Below the pieces are notes generated by a model. The model did no database searches. It saw only the letters and a program-made list of their open reading frames with translations, and was not told the origin of the DNA. Positions 56,314-64,000 of a stretch of DNA of 64,000 bases are shown here, one piece after another (position 1 is the stretch's first letter; every line of letters starts with the position of its first letter). The DNA comes from Pararhodobacter sp. (GTDB taxonomy: Bacteria > Pseudomonadota > Alphaproteobacteria > Rhodobacterales > Rhodobacteraceae). The DNA is taken from NCBI RefSeq assembly GCF_034676545.1, contig NZ_JAUCBZ010000011.1, forward strand, positions 47,433 through 111,432, given 5' to 3'. The translations under genes and the position numbers were made by a program.

Positions 56314-57312
56314 TCAGCTGTCGCGGATGAACTGGCCGAGCCGTAGCCGCGCGGCATGTCCACGTTCGGCATCCGACCTCGCCTGATCGCGCAAATGGTG
56401 GTGTTCGGTCTTGCCGGTCATGAAGCCGGAGCGGAACTCGTTCATGCGCCGGGCGGAATAGTCGCTGGCTTTTTCCAGAGGCTTGCCCGCAACTCGAAGG
56501 GCCTGCGGCGCGATGCTGGCGAGGCTGATCTGGCCGGTGATATGCGTCACGGCATTCGGTATGGCCATCAGGGCGAAGATGCCGACAAAGACGATGACGA
56601 AGAAACCGAGGATCGAGCCGAGATCGGTGACCGCATCTGCGTTCCGAAACACATCATGCGCGACGGTCACGACGGCAACGATGATCCCTGCGGAGGCAAC
56701 CGGGTACATCAGGTAGCCGATCATCGCCGAGAGCCAGGCCTCGAAGATGCCTTTGGTCTTCTCGAAGATCGTGGCCCCGATGGCGAGCGGGGCGACACCC
56801 AGAAGGAAGGCGATCATCAGCTTGGCGAAGCCGACGATGAAAACATAGACCGCCATCAGGATGCCGAGGACCACATAGAGGATGGCGGCAACGAACCCCC
56901 GCATGATCGAGGACATGGCAGAGGAAACGCTATCGACGTTCCCGGCCATCATGTTGGCCATGTCATCCATGGCTGCTGTGGCGGAGGTCGCGACACCGCT
57001 GCCGCCAAGGCGGAAATATTCCAGCGCCAGATCGCTCAGACCATTGCTGGCGGCCTGATAGATCTGGCTGAAGTTCGACCAGGTAAGACCGAACATCAGC
57101 ACCATCACGATGCGGAAAGCGAGCTGCACAGCATCGCGCATGGCGATCCGGTAGACGTTGAGGGCGGCATTGATCCCGACCATGACGAGGAGGAGGGCAA
57201 GGAGGCTCGAATAGATCGGGCCGACGGCGCTGGCCGTTGCTTCGAAAAACCGTTGGCCCGCCGCCGTGATCGCCGCATCCAAAGTCGTCAGAATGGTCGA
57301 GACGCTGTCCAT
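56314..57312 (-). CDS. virB6: VirB6/TrbL polytopic inner-membrane protein
   Basis: Multiple TM helices. Called partly from its position between virB5 and virB8. Start taken at MDSVSTIL (TGATG overlap with the upstream ORF). Confidence 0.75.
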   Translation of the reverse strand: MDSVSTILTTLDAAITAAGQRFFEATASAVGPIYSSLLALLLVMVGINAALNVYRIAMRDAVQLAFRIVMVLMFGLTWSNFSQIYQAASNGLSDLALEYFRLGGSGVATSATAAMDDMANMMAGNVDSVSSAMSSIMRGFVAAILYVVLGILMAVYVFIVGFAKLMIAFLLGVAPLAIGATIFEKTKGIFEAWLSAMIGYLMYPVASAGIIVAVVTVAHDVFRNADAVTDLGSILGFFVIVFVGIFALMAIPNAVTHITGQISLASIAPQALRVAGKPLEKASDYSARRMNEFRSGFMTGKTEHHHLRDQARSDAERGHAARLRLGQFIRDS

Positions 57313-57797
57313 CAGAAAGAACCGCCACACATGGTCTCGGCGATGGGAAACAGCTCATTCGAGGCGTCGAAGACCGCCTTGGTGTCCTGCCAGCTCAGAG
57401 GCTCTGTTCCGGTTTCTTTGCGGATAGATGCTGCAATGAGGTCCACGTCGGACCAGGCTGCAACTTTCCCTGCACAGGTGCAGTCGCTTGTGGCGATCAC
57501 GTTCCGCACCTTCACGTAGCCATAGATATCCCGATATGCGCGTGCCTCCGGCCCTTTCTGGCTCAGGGCATATTCCGGCGGCCACTGGGCCTCGCAGTTG
57601 CGGAACTCTTCGTTCACCGCACCCGGGATCGGCTGGACATCGTCCGGCAAAACGACCTTCGGCAGGACGTCGAGAAAGGACTCTTCCTGCACCAGATCGG
57701 CCGGGGCAGGGGTCTCGGCCGAGGCCATCCCCGTCCACAGGGTCGCCAGGATCAGGGCCGCACTGAACGGCTTCTGTTGGAGCTTGCCCATTTTCAT
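57312..57797 (-). CDS. 161-aa secreted Cys-containing protein of unknown function inside the virB operon
   Basis: Signal peptide ...FSAALILATLWTGMASA. Four Cys. Overlaps the virB5 stop by 4 nt. Confidence 0.5.
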   Translation of the reverse strand: MKMGKLQQKPFSAALILATLWTGMASAETPAPADLVQEESFLDVLPKVVLPDDVQPIPGAVNEEFRNCEAQWPPEYALSQKGPEARAYRDIYGYVKVRNVIATSDCTCAGKVAAWSDVDLIAASIRKETGTEPLSWQDTKAVFDASNELFPIAETMCGGSF

Positions 57798-58591
57798 TCC
57801 TTCCGGATCACTTTGATGAACTTCTCTTCCTCGGCAGCCGTCGCGGCATCCATGACGCCGGCTTCCCCCATGCCCATGAGCTGCGCAGATTCCATGTTCC
57901 AGATATTGGCCATGGCGATGGACAGCTCGGCCGTGACCCTCGTGTTGAGGTCGATGGCTTCCTTCAGCCCCTCGGTGTCCGGGATCTCCTGGACAAGTTC
58001 GTGCACCCGTTCGAGGCTTTCGGACGCCTTGACCGAGGATGTTTCCGCCGCGGCCGACAGGAAGGCGGCCGTGTTGGCCTGCGTGCCGATCCGCGCCGCG
58101 CCCGGATCCTCGCTTTTCGAAAGCGTGTCGACGGTGGCGGTGTCCAAACCGACCGAGGCGAAGAAATCCGACACATATTGCCCGGCCGGCTTGTCGCCGA
58201 CCTTGCCCGAAGTCGTCATCAGCGAATACTTCCCGTCCTTCGCCGCGATGAGACCGCCGGTCAGGTCAGCGACATCTGGCAGGATGTCGTCAAAGAACGT
58301 GTCAGGGTCCGGAATGCCCAAGGCCTCCAGCGTCAGCCCGTTCCGGAGCGCATCGAGCTGTGCCTTCAGTGTGGCTATCTGTTCGATCTGCTTCAGGATC
58401 TGCTCGTCGAGCTTCAGGTTCGAGGCGATCATCTCGCGCACCTGCAGCTTGGCCTCGGTCAGCACCTCTCCGATCTTGGCGATGCTGGTGAGGTCGATGG
58501 TGGGCACGCCTTGGCCTGCCACTGGGAGCGGTAGCGCCAGTGCTGCGGTGAAGAGAAAGGGGCCGATGCCCCGGATGCGCTTGGGGATCAT
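57794..58591 (-). CDS. virB5: VirB5-like minor pilus/adhesin subunit
   Basis: Signal peptide followed by GQGVPTIDLTSIAKIGEVL... and a largely helical protein. Called partly from operon position. Confidence 0.7.
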   Translation of the reverse strand: MIPKRIRGIGPFLFTAALALPLPVAGQGVPTIDLTSIAKIGEVLTEAKLQVREMIASNLKLDEQILKQIEQIATLKAQLDALRNGLTLEALGIPDPDTFFDDILPDVADLTGGLIAAKDGKYSLMTTSGKVGDKPAGQYVSDFFASVGLDTATVDTLSKSEDPGAARIGTQANTAAFLSAAAETSSVKASESLERVHELVQEIPDTEGLKEAIDLNTRVTAELSIAMANIWNMESAQLMGMGEAGVMDAATAAEEEKFIKVIRKE

Positions 58592-59730
58592 TCCGAACCA
58601 GCCTTTACCTTGATGAATGTTGCGTCGCGGGCGTAAGCTTCGATCCAGAGCGCGTAGCGTGCCTGGTCGACCTTGACCCTTGCGGCCTTGACCCGGTCTA
58701 CCATCAGCGCGATCCGCACGGCCTCGGCCCGGGCATAGGTATTGAGATCCAGCGCTTCCTTGGCCGACTTGGTGGTCGGGATCTTCTCGATGAGGACGCG
58801 GAGCCGTTTCAGCGAAGCCTCGATCTCGAGGCTTGCTTCCATGCCATAGTGCAACCCTGCGTCCGAGACATTGGAGGCCGTGGCGATTGCCATGTCGCGC
58901 GGATCGAAGGTGCCGACCTGATCGATGCCGCTGATCTTTGCTGCATAGGCGTTGAAGAACCCGGTAATGCGGACCACGTAGTCCTGAGTTTCCTTGAAGG
59001 GCGGGATGCCACCGTATTTCGAGACATTGCCGGGACCGGCGTTGTAGGCGGCGAGCGCCAGCGGGACTGAGCCAAACTTGTTGAGCTGTGTCAGGAAATA
59101 CCGGGCACCCCCATCAAGCTGCAGCATCGGGTCGTCATAGTAGGCCGGATAGATGCCGAGATCCTTGGCAGTATCCGGCATCACCTGCGTCAGGCCGAAG
59201 GCACCGACGGGTGACCGCGCACCGATGGAAAACCCGGATTCCTGTTTCACGAGGCTCTGGAACCAGATGCGGAATTCGACGGGGTTGAGACCGGCCCGCG
59301 CGAGGCCCGGATGGCCCGCGTACTTCTTCGCGGTAGTGACGATCATCTCCTCGATGCCGGTCTTGCCATCTCCGAACAGCCGCGCTGCATAGGGGCTGTC
59401 GTCCTCGACATCATAGAGGACTTCCGCCTCGGCTCCGGGGATCACTTCCAGATCACCGATCCATGGTGTGTTGCCCGTCATCATCGCCAGCGTGGCGTCG
59501 AGCGCATCGAGCTGTTCCTGATGCAACTCGGCAATCCGCGCCTTCTTGTCGGCCTCAAGCTCCCGCGCGCCGGTCAGATAGGACATCTGCGCGATCTCGA
59601 GGCTGTGCTGGATGATCGATTTGCCGTCGGCAATCGGCACGCCTTGTGCGAAGGCCGCCAGCGGCAGCGCTGTCGCCATCAGGACGAGCGCCCTGACAGA
59701 ACGGGAAGATTTAGCGGCAGGGAATGACAT
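58588..59730 (-). CDS. lytic transglycosylase (SLT domain) embedded between VirB5-like N- and C-terminal segments
   Basis: SLT core LVKQESGFSIGARSPVGAFGLTQVMP...AAYNAGPGNVSKYGGIPPFKETQDYV. N-terminal QGVPIADGKSIIQHSLEIAQ and C-terminal SLKRLRVLIEKIPTTKSAKEALDLNTYARAEAV...ATFIKV parallel the adjacent VirB5. Start 59730 or 59769. Confidence 0.75.
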   Translation of the reverse strand: MSFPAAKSSRSVRALVLMATALPLAAFAQGVPIADGKSIIQHSLEIAQMSYLTGARELEADKKARIAELHQEQLDALDATLAMMTGNTPWIGDLEVIPGAEAEVLYDVEDDSPYAARLFGDGKTGIEEMIVTTAKKYAGHPGLARAGLNPVEFRIWFQSLVKQESGFSIGARSPVGAFGLTQVMPDTAKDLGIYPAYYDDPMLQLDGGARYFLTQLNKFGSVPLALAAYNAGPGNVSKYGGIPPFKETQDYVVRITGFFNAYAAKISGIDQVGTFDPRDMAIATASNVSDAGLHYGMEASLEIEASLKRLRVLIEKIPTTKSAKEALDLNTYARAEAVRIALMVDRVKAARVKVDQARYALWIEAYARDATFIKVKAGSE

Positions 59731-59914
59731 CGACGGGCGAGGTGTTGCCGCGGGAGACAAGGCCCGCATCCGGGCTTGCGCCCTTGGTGGAAGTCGTCAC
59801 AGTGGACCCAGCGGTGGCCCAGCAATTGGTCTTGGTGATCGGCACTTCAGCGCAGCCCGCGAGGCTGGAACATCCGAGTCCGATAAGCAAAGTTATGTAA
59901 TATATTGATTTCAT
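59711..59914 (-). CDS. small lipoprotein, VirB7-like by position
   Basis: MKSIYYITLLIGLGCSSLAGCAEV with lipobox LAGC. 67 aa, lying between virB4 and the SLT gene. Confidence 0.5.
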   Translation of the reverse strand: MKSIYYITLLIGLGCSSLAGCAEVPITKTNCWATAGSTVTTSTKGASPDAGLVSRGNTSPVDVIPCR

Positions 59915-59921
59915 TTGGTAA

Positions 59922-62264
59922 TCATTCCTTCCAGAATTTGGGCCGCGCGGCATAGTCAGCGCCGAAGGCATTGATCCCGGCCTGACCGCCGCCAAGCGCT
60001 GTCAGCAAAGGCCCGAGCGCCTTCAGATCGACGTTCAGAACGGTCGAACCGCGTGGGGAGCGCGACAGAACCAGCCGCTGGCCTGGGATCGGGTTCAGGA
60101 CGAAGTCGAGCTCGCCATCGGTCAGGCGGAAACTTTCGTAGTCGGCCGAGGCCGCCTCGCCGTTCGGGAACAGGAGCTGGTTCGGCAGCGCTTCCAGGAT
60201 CGACCGGGCTTTCGATCCCCGGATCTGGCTTGGGAACTGGGTCATCATGACGACGACCACATTCTTCTTCCGGGCCGTCACCAGCCATTCGGCGAGCTTC
60301 TTCGCGAAGTATTCGTCGTCGAGGACCTTCCAGGCCTCGTCGATCAGGATCAGCGTCGGGCGCTTTTCCTCGATCAGCATTTCGATGCGGCGGAAGAGAT
60401 AGCCGAGGATCGCGGTGCGCTCGGTGCCGAGATCGAGGATTTCGGTGAGATCGACCGCCGTCACATCATGGCTGGTGAAATCCACCACCGGCTCTTTCGC
60501 CTCTCCGAAGACCCAACCATAGCGGCCGTCCGGTCCCCATTCGCGGAGGCGCTGTGCCAGATCGAGGCCATCACCGACATCGCCGAATAGCTCCTGGAAA
60601 CTCTGGAAGTTCCGCAAACCCTCGCGTGCCTTGCCATTCTGCGCGATGGCAGACTTGAGCGCCTCGGACTGCAGCGGTGTCATGGGCCCGGAGCGGGATT
60701 CAAGGAGAGCAACCAGCCAGTCGAGAAGCCAGGCTTCCCCGCGCTCACCAGCCTCCGTCGCAAGTGGGTTAAGTCCTGTCGGGCGTCCCGCGCGGACTTC
60801 GGCATAGCGACCCCCGAGGGCATGCACGGCCATCTTCAATCCGGCTTCCTTGTCGAAGATGATCGTCCGGCCCCCTACCCTTTGGGCCTGGGCGGCAAGG
60901 AAGGCGACGGTCGTGGTCTTGCCCCCGCCAGATTTTCCGAGAACGAGGGTATGGCCGTTGGTCGGCTCCGCAGTCGGGTCCCCTGGCTCATGGAAGCTGA
61001 AACGGTGGAGTGATCCCTGCAGCGTCTGGAAAGCAGTGATCGGCGTCGCCCAAGGCAGGCGCGCCTTTTCCGTGCCGGTGTCCGCGGCATGAAGGGCCGC
61101 CATGTCCGCGAAATTGATCGACGACACTGTCATGTCGCGCGCCCGGTAGTCCATGTTGCCGGGATGCATGGCGAAGAAAGCCGCTTCGAGCGCCGTGACC
61201 TCGCGCACGAGCCGCATGCCATTCTGATGCGCGATGCCGCGGATGCGGGCGACCTCAGAGTCGAGCGCGGTTTCGGTTTCCGCAAAGACCGTGATTGTCA
61301 TCTGATGCACGCCAAAACCCAGCGTCCCGCTCTCGGCTTTGTCGGCCGCCTCGAAAAGCTGCGCCTCAACTGTGGCAGCGATATCCTCGGCCGAGCGCAT
61401 TTGCGCGACGCGGCGTTTCACCCGCTCGGCGATACTGCCGCGCTCGATGGGCGTGTAGCTGTGGGTGATGATCGTGTCCTGCGCGGCCCCAAGAGCATCA
61501 AGCATTCCGGGCCAGGTCGCATTGGCATAGGATTTGACATAGAGGACGGCGGCGAGTTTTGGGGTGGACGTCCCCTCTTCGATTTCGACCACGCCCTTGC
61601 CAAACTGCACGGATGCACCGGCGGCGTCTTCCGCAAGGAGGCAGTACGGGCTGCGCGGATGGTCCCGCAACTCACCGGTCAGAAGCGAGGCGTAAAAGCC
61701 GATCAGGCTTCCATCACTGATCTTCATCCTGCGGGTCTTGATGCCAAGACCGGTCTCAAGGATGGAGGCCACCTCGCGCAGTTCTTCCAGACGGCGGGCG
61801 GTGTCTTCGCCCCAGACCCGGGCCGCGGCCTTGCCGAACAATGGCACGGCCAGCGGCGCCACTTGCCGCCGGACGACCGTCAGGATCAGCACCGAGTCCT
61901 GCAGATTGCGGCGTGTAAGCTCCCGGCTCCAAGCCTTGTCGATGTCGGCCGCAAAGCTGAGCCCATGGATGGGCACGATGCCGGTGTCCGCTGGTCGCAT
62001 CATCCGGTGCAGATAGAAGGTGAACCGCTCGTCGAGCGTGTCGAGGAGATGCGCAAATCCCGCCCGAAGGGCTGAGACCGCAGCCGCGCCTGACGTGACG
62101 CCGTCGATGCCCGTCACTTCAAGTGACAGCATCAGCGCATTGTCCCGGGTTCGGACGACCTCGTCATCAAGCTCGATGACGTAAGGCAGATGGGCATAGA
62201 TCTTAGGGCTGGCCGGGATCAACCGCCCTGCCCTGCCCTTTGGCTGGTCCCGCTCAAGAAACAT
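59922..62264 (-). CDS. virB4: VirB4 ATPase
   Basis: 780 aa. Walker A LVLGKSGGGKTT, Walker B TLILIDEAWKVLD. Confidence 0.92.
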   Translation of the reverse strand: MFLERDQPKGRAGRLIPASPKIYAHLPYVIELDDEVVRTRDNALMLSLEVTGIDGVTSGAAAVSALRAGFAHLLDTLDERFTFYLHRMMRPADTGIVPIHGLSFAADIDKAWSRELTRRNLQDSVLILTVVRRQVAPLAVPLFGKAAARVWGEDTARRLEELREVASILETGLGIKTRRMKISDGSLIGFYASLLTGELRDHPRSPYCLLAEDAAGASVQFGKGVVEIEEGTSTPKLAAVLYVKSYANATWPGMLDALGAAQDTIITHSYTPIERGSIAERVKRRVAQMRSAEDIAATVEAQLFEAADKAESGTLGFGVHQMTITVFAETETALDSEVARIRGIAHQNGMRLVREVTALEAAFFAMHPGNMDYRARDMTVSSINFADMAALHAADTGTEKARLPWATPITAFQTLQGSLHRFSFHEPGDPTAEPTNGHTLVLGKSGGGKTTTVAFLAAQAQRVGGRTIIFDKEAGLKMAVHALGGRYAEVRAGRPTGLNPLATEAGERGEAWLLDWLVALLESRSGPMTPLQSEALKSAIAQNGKAREGLRNFQSFQELFGDVGDGLDLAQRLREWGPDGRYGWVFGEAKEPVVDFTSHDVTAVDLTEILDLGTERTAILGYLFRRIEMLIEEKRPTLILIDEAWKVLDDEYFAKKLAEWLVTARKKNVVVVMMTQFPSQIRGSKARSILEALPNQLLFPNGEAASADYESFRLTDGELDFVLNPIPGQRLVLSRSPRGSTVLNVDLKALGPLLTALGGGQAGINAFGADYAARPKFWKE

Positions 62265-62520
62265 GGCGCCGCCTGCGGTTCAGGATGGCAAGCGGCGTGG
62301 TTTCGATCATGACCGCAAGTACATGGTGGCCGTTCGGGTTGATTTTTGCGGACGCGCGGGCAACTCCGTACCAGACCGGGGCGGTCAGGAACCACCAGAC
62401 CGGCTTGAAGAGGATGAAGGGCAGCACGGTCATCGCTCCCACTGCCATGGCATAGGGCATCGGCAGGCCGAGAAACTTGGCTTGCCGCGAAAGCCCGAGG
62501 ATGACCGCGCTTTTCTCCAT
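62254..62520 (-). CDS. virB3: VirB3
   Basis: 88 aa. LGLSRQAKFLGLPMPY followed by hydrophobic helices. Overlaps virB4. Confidence 0.75.
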   Translation of the reverse strand: MEKSAVILGLSRQAKFLGLPMPYAMAVGAMTVLPFILFKPVWWFLTAPVWYGVARASAKINPNGHHVLAVMIETTPLAILNRRRRHVS

Positions 62521-62533
62521 CTACCGCCCCCGA

Positions 62534-62833
62534 TCAGCTGAAGGAAGAGCGGAGATTGGCAACGATGGTCGGCCCTGCGAACACCAGAAACGCCCCCACG
62601 ACAACCAAGGCCACCCATGCCCAGCTGATGCGATTGAACGCCGCGAGGAAGCCGGTCACCACAAAGGCAATGCCGAAGAAGGCAGTCGCAAACACGCCCC
62701 GGAAAGATGCGAGAAGGCCGGTCGCGACCCTTTCAGCTTTCGTGAACACAACTTGTGCCGCAGCGGGTTCTGCCTGAGCCAGCAACAGGGTGCAAAAGGT
62801 CAGGCCCAGAAGAGCCAGTGTGGAAGTGCGCAT
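62534..62833 (-). CDS. virB2: VirB2/TrbC pilin
   Basis: 99 aa. Long signal peptide ending AEPAAAQ, then two hydrophobic helices. Confidence 0.75.
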   Translation of the reverse strand: MRTSTLALLGLTFCTLLLAQAEPAAAQVVFTKAERVATGLLASFRGVFATAFFGIAFVVTGFLAAFNRISWAWVALVVVGAFLVFAGPTIVANLRSSFS

Positions 62834-62853
62834 AGTTTGGTTTGTCCTTTTGA

Positions 62854-63537
62854 TCAGAGATCGGCGAGGAGGCGGTCGTAAGCCGCCATCACCTTTACGA
62901 TGTGGGATTGGGTTTCGTCATAGGGCGGGATGCCGTCATACTTGCGCACGGCTTCCGGCCCAGCATTATAGGCGGCAAGCGCAAGCTCGAGGCTGCCGAA
63001 CTCGGCCATCTGCTCAAGAAGGTAGCGCGCACCACCGTCAAGGTTTTCGATGGGGTCGGCCGGATCGACGCGCAGATAGTCCGCTGTTCCGGGCATCAGT
63101 TGCGCGAGGCCAAGGGCGCCGGCATGGCTCACCGCCCCTTGGGTGTAATTGCTCTCGACCTTGATCATCGCCTGAAAAAACGCGGCCCATTCGGCCGGTG
63201 ACAGGTCGATGGCGGCCAGAGCCGGATCGTCCTGATAGCGCGCGGCGATCAGCCGGATCGAGGGCAACACTTCCGCGGGTGCTGCGACACCCTTTGTGCT
63301 ATAGGAGACCTTCTCCCCCTCCCGTTCCCGGGGTTCTTCTTCGGGCTCCGGGCGAACATGAACGATCAGCTTCCCCTGCCCGTCGTAGTGCAGGACGGAT
63401 GTATCGAGTGCGGCAAGCTCGATCTCTGCCCCCTGCCCTTCCCGTTCATTCCACCGGATCACCTCGGCCTGCGAGGCTCCGCATGCCGCGCCGGACATCG
63501 CCAGCGACAGCAGGCACGTCGAGATGATCGAGGGCAA
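62854..63537 (-). CDS. virB1: VirB1 lytic transglycosylase (start uncertain)
   Basis: SLT motif [25 protein letters not shown]...[27 protein letters not shown] at 63537 would give the signal peptide [19 protein letters not shown]. The ORF track opens at 63768. Confidence 0.75.
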   Translation of the reverse strand: MPSIISTCLLSLAMSGAACGASQAEVIRWNEREGQGAEIELAALDTSVLHYDGQGKLIVHVRPEPEEEPREREGEKVSYSTKGVAAPAEVLPSIRLIAARYQDDPALAAIDLSPAEWAAFFQAMIKVESNYTQGAVSHAGALGLAQLMPGTADYLRVDPADPIENLDGGARYLLEQMAEFGSLELALAAYNAGPEAVRKYDGIPPYDETQSHIVKVMAAYDRLLADL

Positions 63538-63784
63538 GTTTGCCGAAGGCGAGGCCGAACATCCCGATCGGCGAGTTGACGATCCGTTCCCGTGCAAGGG
63601 CCGTGACCAGCATGAAGCGTTCGCCTGAGGCGTTGACGACATAGAACAGCCACTCGCCGGAAAAGCGCCCCTCGGGGTCCGGAGCTGACACACACTCGAT
63701 CTCAACCGTTGCTCCTTCCGTTGCCGCCATCTTGCGGAAATCGCGTTCCAGCAAGACGGGCAAAGCACGTCTTCTTGTCGTCAT
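63446..63784 (-). CDS. 112-aa hypothetical protein, first ORF of the virB operon
   Basis: ATG at 63784 is preceded by GAGGGGAA. The ORF overlaps the 5' region of virB1, so one of the two boundaries is wrong. Confidence 0.4.
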   Translation of the reverse strand: MTTRRRALPVLLERDFRKMAATEGATVEIECVSAPDPEGRFSGEWLFYVVNASGERFMLVTALARERIVNSPIGMFGLAFGKLALDHLDVPAVAGDVRRGMRSLAGRGDPVE

Positions 63785-63823
63785 GGGTTCCCCTCGGGTT
63801 CGATCTGTCGGGGATCGTTGTAA

Positions 63824-63837
63824 CGGAAAGTTTTCCG
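63824..63837. promoter_or_regulatory. perfect palindrome CGGAAA-gt-TTTCCG upstream of the virB operon (candidate operator)
   Basis: Located 40-53 nt upstream of the ATG at 63784. An AT-rich stretch (63860-63910) lies further upstream. Confidence 0.3.
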
Positions 63838-64000
63838 TGCGGCGATGCCTAACAGAAAGTCTGGCGTATACAACGTAAAAATGACAAACACGATAAAATA
63901 AGTCTTCAGTTGCGATCGACAACGGTCGCACCTCGTCGGCCAGACGAGCGGGCGGATGCCGGAGGAAGGATCAAAAGTGTCGATGAAATCCGATGGCCGA

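Noticed and set aside
63976-64000. Possible plus-strand gene start (GGAGGAAGG-N7-GTGTCGATGAAATCC) at the right window edge
   Set aside because: Only about 8 codons are visible, so it cannot be evaluated.
1-64000. Search for a replication initiator (repABC, DnaA-like, RepA/Rep_3), rRNA, tRNA and CRISPR arrays
   Set aside because: None was recognised by eye. The HTH_36-like protein at 46234..46767 is the only weak replication-related candidate, so replicon type and origin remain unassigned.

Overview
High-GC segment, probably from an alphaproteobacterial (Rhodobacterales/Rhizobiales-like) conjugative plasmid or ICE. That assignment is inferred from composition, IS66 content and VirB-type genes, not from any search. 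Left to right: (1) a defence-type island at 1-12.8 kb with an HTH-ImmA peptidase coupled to an unknown 244-aa ORF, an Eco57I-like Type IIG restriction-modification (R-M) enzyme plus separate methyltransferase plus ribbon-helix-helix (RHH) controller, a Fic-domain remnant, a Gabija-like OLD nuclease/UvrD helicase pair with an apparent 1-nt frameshift, and a class II Fic protein. (2) Plasmid backbone: bactofilin, WGR protein, and a parA operon separated from a mobC-relaxase module by a complete IS66-family element. (3) Cargo: UPF0149-domain protein, RNA ligase, hydrolase, AraC regulator. (4) An IS-scarred stretch at 28-33.8 kb: IS3 remnants, a tyrosine recombinase split by a second IS66 element with perfect 8-bp target duplications, an orphan cytochrome c and an IS5-family element. 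(5) A tightly packed operon at 34-42.3 kb encoding very large signal-peptide proteins with no domain I recognise. (6) An unknown-function cluster at 43.5-48.1 kb that includes a 74-aa Trp-rich tandem-repeat miniprotein. (7) A complete virB1-virB11/virD4 type IV secretion operon on the minus strand (48.3-63.8 kb). It contains a VirB5-SLT chimera and a 736-aa protein sharing only the C-terminal module of the distant relaxase. All calls come from reading the translations by eye; no database or HMM searches were possible. No rRNA, convincing tRNA or CRISPR array was seen.
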